Source of the DNA: a virus
Taxonomy: Duplodnaviria > Caudoviricetes
Strand: one strand, 5' to 3'
DNA: 27,849 bases
IMG/VR virus record: IMGVR_UViG_3300046779_000728
Coordinates: 1-27,849 of that record
The notes under the pieces are model-generated. The model was not told the DNA's origin, did no database searches, and worked only from the letters and a program-made list of their open reading frames with translations. Made by a program: the position numbers and the translations under genes. Every line of letters begins with the position of its first letter. Positions within the stretch are counted from its first letter, which is position 1. This document shows positions 16,937-23,915 of the stretch, piece after piece.

Positions 16937-17619
16937 TGTGTGCTGTCATAGGAACAATCGTTCAGAATCCATCTATTAATCAGTTAGAGATGATCAAACG
17001 TGTAATCTTCGAGTCTAAGATTCGAGGAATGCATGCTACTGGTATCTCATATGTTAAAAAAAATAGTATTGTTACGCAGAGACTTCCAGTCTCTGCTGAC
17101 AAGTTTCCATTTAACTTTGAATCATATCTAAATGAAGATGGTAATTTGTATATGATTGCTCACTGTCGATATAGCACCAGCGATCTAGAATACAATCAAC
17201 CACTTTTTCATGATACAAAAAGTATTGTTCACAATGGAGTTATCACGCAAGAGTTACCAGAGAATTGGAAAGAGTTATATGGATATGATTGCATTACTAA
17301 AAATGATAGTGAGTTAGTTTTGCATTCAGAAGATCCTTTGCAAGAATTTCCAAATATGTCTATGGGTGTTTGTGAACTTCGAGTTGATAAAACTTTGCGA
17401 TCTTATCGTAATGGTAAGCGTCCGTTATACTTGACAACTTTCAATAATGGATGTATAATTACTTCTACAAAAGACATTCCATATCGTGCAGGTGTTGATG
17501 GGTTCACTACAGAATTCCTAATGAATACATATGTCACATTTGATGAATATCTTGCAATGAGCGTTGAGCGTAAACCTATTACAAATGCAGTAGACTATCA
17601 ACATTATGAACTTTGTTAA
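16936..17619 (+). CDS. Class II (Ntn) glutamine amidotransferase-like protein
   Basis: N-terminal nucleophile MCAVIG, RGMHATG, HCRYSTS, NQP, HNG, NDSE and RPL; TAATG coupling to the dioxygenase. Confidence 0.88.
   Translation: MCAVIGTIVQNPSINQLEMIKRVIFESKIRGMHATGISYVKKNSIVTQRLPVSADKFPFNFESYLNEDGNLYMIAHCRYSTSDLEYNQPLFHDTKSIVHNGVITQELPENWKELYGYDCITKNDSELVLHSEDPLQEFPNMSMGVCELRVDKTLRSYRNGKRPLYLTTFNNGCIITSTKDIPYRAGVDGFTTEFLMNTYVTFDEYLAMSVERKPITNAVDYQHYELC
17431..17459 (+). promoter_or_regulatory. Perfect sigma70 consensus promoter inside the amidotransferase gene
   Basis: TTGACA-17 nt-TATAAT, about 150 nt upstream of the GNAT start. Confidence 0.65.
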
Positions 17620-18247
17620 TTCTACAAAAGTAGAAGAACTAATTAAGAATAGCCCAGCTGGTAAGAATACAAAATTCTTATCAGCAGCACATTCATTGTG
17701 GTATCGTTTTCACAATTACGATAAAGCACCACCAATGGCTTATGAAGATAATGGAGAAATTGTTTCATTGATCTTTGCGACGCACAATCGTGATGGTTAT
17801 GCAAATCTTTATGAAATTGTAACACTTGAGGGTAAAGAAGGAAAAGGATATGCTTCAAAATGCTGGGACAGTTGGATTAAATACGCAGTTGAAGAACGTA
17901 AGTCCCAACGACTTAAGATCTCATGTACTCCGTCTTCCGTTACGTGGCACAATAAAAATGGTCTCATCTTCTGGGCAGTCGATCCAACTGGCTCTCTCAG
18001 ATCTGACCAACCACTATTTCCTACGAGATCAGAACAAGTAACATACAGAAACAATGCTATTGTAAATCCATTACAAGCACTTCCACCTTACAAAGCCAGA
18101 GAACAATTCCGTGCCGAAGGTTTAGAATCCTACAAGTGGGGTGAGAAAAAGAAAGCCAAAACACAAGCTGCTATTGATGCAGTCGGTAAAGCATGGTTGC
18201 GTGATGCTTTAATGGAACAACCATCACTTGAAGAATTTTTAGTATAA
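17606..18247 (+). CDS. GNAT-family acetyltransferase
   Basis: LYEIVT...EGKGYAS (acyl-CoA motif A) and WHNKNGL (motif B-like); C-terminal SLEEFLV. Confidence 0.72.
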   Translation: MNFVNSTKVEELIKNSPAGKNTKFLSAAHSLWYRFHNYDKAPPMAYEDNGEIVSLIFATHNRDGYANLYEIVTLEGKEGKGYASKCWDSWIKYAVEERKSQRLKISCTPSSVTWHNKNGLIFWAVDPTGSLRSDQPLFPTRSEQVTYRNNAIVNPLQALPPYKAREQFRAEGLESYKWGEKKKAKTQAAIDAVGKAWLRDALMEQPSLEEFLV

Positions 18248-19266
18248 TGGATTATCGTTTAGCAGAAAATCGTAAAGAAGCATTTATTCGTTGGTATGCA
18301 TGGTCGTTAAAATATGATGACTGTGACCCAGCAGTATGGATGACTAATTATCTACACAAGCGTTATGAACATAATGACGAACAGCGTCTTTGGTTTGCTT
18401 GGTTGTATGGTAATACGTATTATGCGCCAACATCATGGATTCTATTAAATGAATTTCCAGACTTTGAATTGGCTACTGTAGATCGTATTACTCAATGGAA
18501 TGCAACTAACTATAAAAGACTGCGTTACCAAACAGATACAAAGTGGAACAAAGGTCACTTGCCAGCCATGTTCGCTTCCTATCAAAAATTTATTGGCAAT
18601 AAAACACAACGTGAAGTATTGGAGAGTTATTATGGAGACACAGAAGAAGCAAACTTTAATGCTTTGTGGACAAGCATTAAAAGTGGGTTGCACAAGTTTG
18701 GTCGTTATTCCACTTGGTTTTATCTTCAGCATCTTAAGCATACTGCTGGCATTAGGATTACTCCTACTAGCCTCATGCTTGATGATTTTGATGGCTCTCG
18801 CTCTCATCGTAATGGACTTCTGTATGCCCTTGCACAAGAGCACGATCTGGATAGAAAATTGTCTGGAGGAGATTATGCGAGACTTGAATCACAGGCGAGA
18901 GAGATTCTCGAGGAGACGAAAAGCAGGTTCCCTGAGATAGCCAATGTTGTGGACTATTTCACTATGGAAACTTGCCTCTGTTCTTTTAAAAAGATTTTTA
19001 GGGAACATCATGGTCGATATCTTGGTTACTACCTTGATCGACAGGCTGAAGAAATTATACAAGTCGAAAAAGACGGATGGTATGGAATAGACTGGGATGT
19101 TCTTTGGCAAGCAAGAAACGAAACTATCGATCTTCGTTTGGATGATAAACGTGGTATTGATAAAGAAAGATTTAGTTCTTTTTTAAGAACTGGTAAACTT
19201 GAAAACTTAGAATGGATGTTTGATGATGAAGAACCACTACTTGAAGGATTGGAGATGTTCGCATGA
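18247..19266 (+). CDS. Amino acid:DNA transferase (aGPT-PPlase clade 2-like, HhH-glycosylase fold)
   Basis: DCDP, KFGRYSTWFYLQHL (HhH-like), SHRNGL, ETCLCSFKK and RYLGYYLDRQ; co-located with a P-loop kinase as in thymidine-hypermodifying phages. Confidence 0.78.
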   Translation: MDYRLAENRKEAFIRWYAWSLKYDDCDPAVWMTNYLHKRYEHNDEQRLWFAWLYGNTYYAPTSWILLNEFPDFELATVDRITQWNATNYKRLRYQTDTKWNKGHLPAMFASYQKFIGNKTQREVLESYYGDTEEANFNALWTSIKSGLHKFGRYSTWFYLQHLKHTAGIRITPTSLMLDDFDGSRSHRNGLLYALAQEHDLDRKLSGGDYARLESQAREILEETKSRFPEIANVVDYFTMETCLCSFKKIFREHHGRYLGYYLDRQAEEIIQVEKDGWYGIDWDVLWQARNETIDLRLDDKRGIDKERFSSFLRTGKLENLEWMFDDEEPLLEGLEMFA

Positions 19267-19685
19267 ATGATGATTTAATGACTAACTCTGTAACTTATCC
19301 ATCTATGGCTGATGGAACTATTGATATAAACAAAATTACCATATCAAGCACCAATAGTAATATTCTTACTGCAAATACTGTATATGGATCTATTGCAATG
19401 GAACTTATAACTGACGAAATTTTAGATCGTTACTCTTTAAATAAGATTACAATTGATCACAAAGTGCAGGAACAAGAGTTACTAAAACTTAAAGAAACTG
19501 TTCCTACATATGCAGACGAGATTAAAGAAAATTTGGCTCGCAATATGTCTCGTGATATAATGAAGAAGATGACATTCACGAAAAGGCATGATAAGGATGC
19601 TGATGTCCACCATTTCCTTGGTCGAGTTTGGGTATTCACTGAGGATGAATTAAAGAATCTTATTCAAGAAATAAAGAACGCATAA
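19263..19685 (+). CDS. Hypothetical protein within the modification operon
   Basis: GGAGA SD, ATGA overlap with the transferase, and a 1-nt gap to the kinase. Confidence 0.75.
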   Translation: MNDDLMTNSVTYPSMADGTIDINKITISSTNSNILTANTVYGSIAMELITDEILDRYSLNKITIDHKVQEQELLKLKETVPTYADEIKENLARNMSRDIMKKMTFTKRHDKDADVHHFLGRVWVFTEDELKNLIQEIKNA

Positions 19686-19686
19686 T

Positions 19687-20295
19687 ATGCCAGTCGAGAA
19701 ACTAGCCTTTACTGATAAAATTTCAATGTCTGTTACTACAAGAGAGTTAAAAGTGAGAAAACTAATTGCTGTTGGTGGGAGTCCTGGAACTGGTAAAACT
19801 ACTCTATTCCGTAAGTTTATGGAAGGTAAAACATGGATCGAATGTGAGCCAGCCAAACTGATTTCCGCCATGTATAATGAGGAAATGGATCTCTATATCC
19901 TAGGCAAATATCAGGAAGGTGAGACTTTTGCAGGAACCGATCGCCTATCGATGGCAGTCCAGCCAGAGGTGCAAAAATGGATTCAAACCCATAACTGTAA
20001 TGTGCTATTTGAGGGAGATCGAATCTTCAATCAGTCTTTCCTAGAGTTCGCTATGGGACTCGACCAGACCGACTTACAGGTGGTCTATCTAAAAGCACCT
20101 AAAAATGTCCTAGTACAACGCTATATCGATCGTGGTTCCGACCAGTCGGAGCAATTCCTAAGAGGTCGAGAAACTAAATATAGTAATCTACTATCAAATT
20201 TTGAGTTGATGCCCTATATCACTGAGTTTAATAATACCAACTTAGAGGAGCAGGGAAAGATTCTTGCATTTTTGGAGAAACAACTAGTCCAATAA
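19687..20295 (+). CDS. P-loop kinase, 5-hydroxymethyluracil-DNA-kinase-like
   Basis: GGSPGTGKTT, LGKY...FAGTDRLS, FEGDR and R..RGS.Q lid; gene context with the amino acid:DNA transferase. Confidence 0.75.
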   Translation: MPVEKLAFTDKISMSVTTRELKVRKLIAVGGSPGTGKTTLFRKFMEGKTWIECEPAKLISAMYNEEMDLYILGKYQEGETFAGTDRLSMAVQPEVQKWIQTHNCNVLFEGDRIFNQSFLEFAMGLDQTDLQVVYLKAPKNVLVQRYIDRGSDQSEQFLRGRETKYSNLLSNFELMPYITEFNNTNLEEQGKILAFLEKQLVQ

Positions 20296-20320
20296 TGTAG
20301 GCATCTTTCTAGGATGTAAA

Positions 20321-21037
20321 ATGAATTTCCTAGAAAAATCTGACTACGATTGGCTGGATCTTCTCAATTTCAATGAGAGACCATTCAGGGCTAAACTCAA
20401 CCCTTCTAAGGTCTGGAAAGACCTAGACCGATATCGCAACGATTCGGTTGGACTTGTAAACTACTGTAAGAAATGGCGAACAAAAGTAGAATTTCGTAAA
20501 GAGAAATCTAAAGCGAAATTTTACGAAAAATATATCGCCATTGGTGGGGAATACGATCCAGAGGACAGACAGTGTATCATTCAGATATACACTGATTACT
20601 ACGACAAATTCAAATTCACAGATACTACTTGGGACAAATTTAAGTTTAAGTTCCTACAAGTCTTAATGCATGAGATGATTCACTTCATGCAATATGATAG
20701 AAGATATGATGAATGGAGCAACTATGTCGTTCCTTATAAAAAGATCGGTCATGTAAAGAAAGACGCAGAGAGAAGATATCTCTCTGAGTTTGATGAAATT
20801 CAAGCATATGCTCACTGCATTCTTTTAGATTATAAAATGCTTCGACCAAATGTTCCAATCAATGAACTACTTTCTAGATTCAAAACTAAAAAAGACTCTA
20901 AAACTTTCAATTATATTTTGCGTGTGTTCAATAATGATCATCGCAATAATCATGCAATTCACAAAATAATTCAACAGATAGGCAAGTGGGACAGAAAGTA
21001 CGACAGAGCGATTCGTGCTAATCGAAGACCTAAATAG
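20321..21037 (+). CDS. Zincin-like (HExxH) putative metallopeptidase
   Basis: LMHEMIHFMQ plus downstream YL...DEIQAYA (third-ligand E). Confidence 0.65.
   Translation: MNFLEKSDYDWLDLLNFNERPFRAKLNPSKVWKDLDRYRNDSVGLVNYCKKWRTKVEFRKEKSKAKFYEKYIAIGGEYDPEDRQCIIQIYTDYYDKFKFTDTTWDKFKFKFLQVLMHEMIHFMQYDRRYDEWSNYVVPYKKIGHVKKDAERRYLSEFDEIQAYAHCILLDYKMLRPNVPINELLSRFKTKKDSKTFNYILRVFNNDHRNNHAIHKIIQQIGKWDRKYDRAIRANRRPK
21030..21036 (+). promoter_or_regulatory. T4-like late promoter (CTAAATA)
   Basis: CTAAATA lies 5 nt before the ATG at 21042. Confidence 0.6.
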
Positions 21038-21041
21038 TTGT

Positions 21042-21986
21042 ATGAAAACATTTAGGGAATTTATTTTAGAGATGGCAACAGCGAATACAGTATTATCTGA
21101 TATTAATGAAATCTATACTGGTTATGTTCTTGCAGGAAATAAGTGGTTTGACAGTTCTGCTAAACTACAATATGAACAGCGAGTAAAACAAGCACAACCA
21201 CATGAGGTAGATGATGCTATAGGCAAATCAATTGCTATGGCAGCAGAGTTTGTTAAGTGGGCTAAAGAGAATGGTTATAAACTACCAATAAAACAAGTTT
21301 GGTGGACAGCAAGACCTGGATCGATGTCTTCTGCTTTCGGTGAACCTGTTGATCAAAGAAAAAATCCTACTGATATATTAGTTAAGTTTTCAGATGGTCC
21401 AGCTAAAGGTTTCCTTGGATTATCTGCTAAAGCAACGCAAGGATCTGGAGATATTGGTTTTAAGAATCCAGGTATTGGTACAGTTGATAGAAGTTTAAAT
21501 ATTACATTAGCTGATGAATATAAAAATCAACTAGATCAAACAATAAAGAAATTTAATCTACCAGTTGGTGCCACAGAACGTAAATTATACATTCGTGCTA
21601 ATCCAAAAGTTAAAGTAGAAACTGAAAAAATTGGTGTGCAGATTTTAGCAGCAATGCGTGATGAATTATTTGTTCGCATCAATAAAATGAATCAAAAAGA
21701 ATTAATGAAGTATCTGTTATCAGATTGGATGGACGCAGAAATTCTACGACCACCATATATCAAAGTAACAGGACAAGGTAATAAACCACCATATAAAGCT
21801 ACAGTGATGGATCCAGTGAAAAACGAGAAACTTGAAGCACTCGGAAAATATCCTATCACTCTAGAAAAGGTCGGTAACGAATCCATTGGAGTAAAGGCAG
21901 GGGAAAAAAAGATTATGAAGATTCGATTTAAATTCGAGTCAGAAAAGATGGCTTCCTCCGTAAAACTCTCTGGAGACCCTTGGTAA
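21042..21986 (+). CDS. PD-(D/E)xK-like putative endonuclease with capsid-targeting-like N-terminus
   Basis: Starts MKTFREFILE; N-terminal helix INE; NPTDILV...GLSAK (D...xSxK variant of the restriction-endonuclease-like active site). Confidence 0.6.
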   Translation: MKTFREFILEMATANTVLSDINEIYTGYVLAGNKWFDSSAKLQYEQRVKQAQPHEVDDAIGKSIAMAAEFVKWAKENGYKLPIKQVWWTARPGSMSSAFGEPVDQRKNPTDILVKFSDGPAKGFLGLSAKATQGSGDIGFKNPGIGTVDRSLNITLADEYKNQLDQTIKKFNLPVGATERKLYIRANPKVKVETEKIGVQILAAMRDELFVRINKMNQKELMKYLLSDWMDAEILRPPYIKVTGQGNKPPYKATVMDPVKNEKLEALGKYPITLEKVGNESIGVKAGEKKIMKIRFKFESEKMASSVKLSGDPW

Positions 21987-22023
21987 TACAGGGGTTATAA
22001 TCCCCTCAAATCTGTAGGGTTAT
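21977..22023. repeat. Two CCCT-N9-AGGG palindromes, 26 nt apart
   Basis: CCCT-TGGTAATAC-AGGG (21977) and CCCT-CAAATCTGT-AGGG (22003), with the same spacing as the copies at 5259 and 5285. Confidence 0.8.
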
Positions 22024-22025
22024 TG

Positions 22026-22054
22026 TTGTCTTTTATTGCAACTTAGGGTATAAT
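22026..22054 (+). promoter_or_regulatory. Sigma70-type promoter
   Basis: TTGTCT-TTTATTGCAACTTAGGG (17 nt)-TATAAT; very short leader to ATG 22067. Confidence 0.75.
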
Positions 22055-22066
22055 AATAGTAGAAAA

Positions 22067-23296
22067 ATGAAGAGTCTAAAGAGTTTTATCGTTGAACAAA
22101 AGAATACCCATATGACCCATGTGGAAGATTTGGTATTCGATGGTGGTGTAGATGGCACACGCAAGGCTATCAATTTTCTACGTGACCTACGTGATATGCT
22201 CGCTGGTAATGCGACAAACAAAATTACCGCAACAGTAAAATGGGATGGTGCACCTGCCGTGTTTGCTGGAATCGATCCAACAGATGGCAAGTTCTTTGTA
22301 GCAAAGAAAGGTGTCTTCAATAAGAATCCCAAAGTCTATAAAACTCCAGCAGAGATTGATGCAGACACGCAAGGTGATCTTGCTGTCAAACTCAAAGTGG
22401 CACTCGCTGAGTTCAAGAAACTCGGAATCAAGTCTGGAGTTTATCAGGGTGACCTGATGTTCACTGACGACAAACAAGTCGTCACTATCGATGGAGTTAA
22501 ATATGTGACATTCCATCCAAACACTATCGTGTATGCAGTTCCACTAAACAGTCCACTTGCTGCTCAAATTATGAAAGCAAAGATTGGCGTGGTGTGGCAT
22601 ACAACATACACTGGTAGTTCCTTCGAAGAAATGAAAGCATCATTCGGGCAGTCTATTGTTTCACATATGGCAAAAGTTCCTTCTGTCTGGATGGATGATG
22701 CAAACTACAAAGACTATTCTGGCACTGCCACTTTCACTGCAGCAGAAACTATTCAGCTGACCAATATCCTATCAAACGCTGGAAAGATTTTCCAGTCAAT
22801 CCCCGCAGCAACTCTGAACGCTATTAAAGATGATGAAGAGTTAAATGCTGCAGTAAATACCTATAACAACTCTAAAGTTCGTCAGGGACTACAAGTTACC
22901 AATACTCATGCTCATGTAGTTGGATTATTTAACTATATCCACGACAAGTATCAGGCAGAGATTGATAAACTAAAGACTGAAAAAGGTAAAGCAGGAAAAG
23001 ACGAAAAACGTAAACGTGTTCTGAAGTTCTTCACTGACCATGACCAAGCAGAAATTATTAAGATCTTTGATCTGGTAAATCTTCTTGCTGCAGCAAAACA
23101 GATGATTGTGGATAAGATGAATGAAGCAGGACACATCAATACATTTCTACGCACTACTAATGGATACAAAGTTACTGGTGTGGAAGGATTTGTGGCAATT
23201 GACCATTTAACTGGTGGTGCTGTGAAGATTGTCGATCGCCTCGAGTTTAGTAAGTCTAACTTCTCACCAGATATTATAAAAGGATGGCAACGATGA
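22067..23296 (+). CDS. Ligase-like nucleotidyltransferase (RNA-ligase-like; resembles DUF6267 of T4-like phages)
   Basis: Motif I TVKWDG, motif III YQGDLMF, motif IV EGFVA and motif V VKIV; N-terminus MKSLKSFIVE. Confidence 0.65.
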   Translation: MKSLKSFIVEQKNTHMTHVEDLVFDGGVDGTRKAINFLRDLRDMLAGNATNKITATVKWDGAPAVFAGIDPTDGKFFVAKKGVFNKNPKVYKTPAEIDADTQGDLAVKLKVALAEFKKLGIKSGVYQGDLMFTDDKQVVTIDGVKYVTFHPNTIVYAVPLNSPLAAQIMKAKIGVVWHTTYTGSSFEEMKASFGQSIVSHMAKVPSVWMDDANYKDYSGTATFTAAETIQLTNILSNAGKIFQSIPAATLNAIKDDEELNAAVNTYNNSKVRQGLQVTNTHAHVVGLFNYIHDKYQAEIDKLKTEKGKAGKDEKRKRVLKFFTDHDQAEIIKIFDLVNLLAAAKQMIVDKMNEAGHINTFLRTTNGYKVTGVEGFVAIDHLTGGAVKIVDRLEFSKSNFSPDIIKGWQR

Positions 23297-23634
23297 AATT
23301 ATTTGCTGTAGCATTTTCTGTTCTATTAACTGGATGTTCTTTCATCCTACCAATTCCACACGATGGTGCGCTGTTTGACAATCTAGTTCAGGTTAAGGTT
23401 GCCATTGATAAGACAAATTGTCAAGATAAAGATTGGAATAAATTATTTGGTAAAGTAGAGCAACTAAAGGTTTATGCTTCTCTTAGAAAAGACCCACAGG
23501 CGAAAGCCATCGAAGAATTAGAGTCTGCTTTAAAGAAAGCCAATGCATCTAGTAATGAAAAGTTTTGTGAGTCAGTTCTTAAAATCAATCGTGTCCGAGT
23601 TGACACTGTAGCAGACGCATGGAGAGGAAGATGA
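23293..23634 (+). CDS. Putative lipoprotein
   Basis: AAGGA SD; MKLFAVAFSVLLTGC signal peptide with LTGC lipobox; ATGA overlap with the previous gene. Confidence 0.75.
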   Translation: MKLFAVAFSVLLTGCSFILPIPHDGALFDNLVQVKVAIDKTNCQDKDWNKLFGKVEQLKVYASLRKDPQAKAIEELESALKKANASSNEKFCESVLKINRVRVDTVADAWRGR

Positions 23635-23867
23635 ATTTATTCAATGAATTAAGAGAAATGGCTGGACAAGAAGGTCCAGCAGGAAAGTTAGCTGCAGATC
23701 TAGTTGCTTTTAGAGAAGATTATGCTAAAGGGGATCTTTCTAGAGAAGAATATGAATTCTTGGTTAGTGAGGTCGCTTCAGTAAGAGCACAACAAGAATT
23801 GGCTTCCGATGAAGTCGCTTGTCGTTGGATTTGCGCTGCAGCAGAGGCAATGCTAAGCCTAGCGTAA
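23631..23867 (+). CDS. Small helical hypothetical protein
   Basis: GAGGA SD and ATGA overlap with the lipoprotein gene. Confidence 0.72.
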   Translation: MNLFNELREMAGQEGPAGKLAADLVAFREDYAKGDLSREEYEFLVSEVASVRAQQELASDEVACRWICAAAEAMLSLA

Positions 23868-23879
23868 GTTTCAAAAGTC

Positions 23880-23886
23880 CTAAATA
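23880..23886 (+). promoter_or_regulatory. T4-like late promoter (CTAAATA)
   Basis: Intergenic CTAAATA about 30 nt before ATG 23916. Confidence 0.6.
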
Positions 23887-23915
23887 ATAGGCACTATTTT
23901 AGATTGATGGATCAA

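Noticed and set aside
1020-20180. Intragenic CTAAATA at 1020-1026 and 20174-20180 as late promoters
   Set aside because: A 7-mer inside coding DNA of an AT-rich genome is expected by chance and cannot be supported without transcript data.
23293-23867. Spanin (Rz/Rz1) call for the lipoprotein pair
   Set aside because: There is no upstream i-spanin with an N-terminal transmembrane helix and no holin or endolysin nearby.
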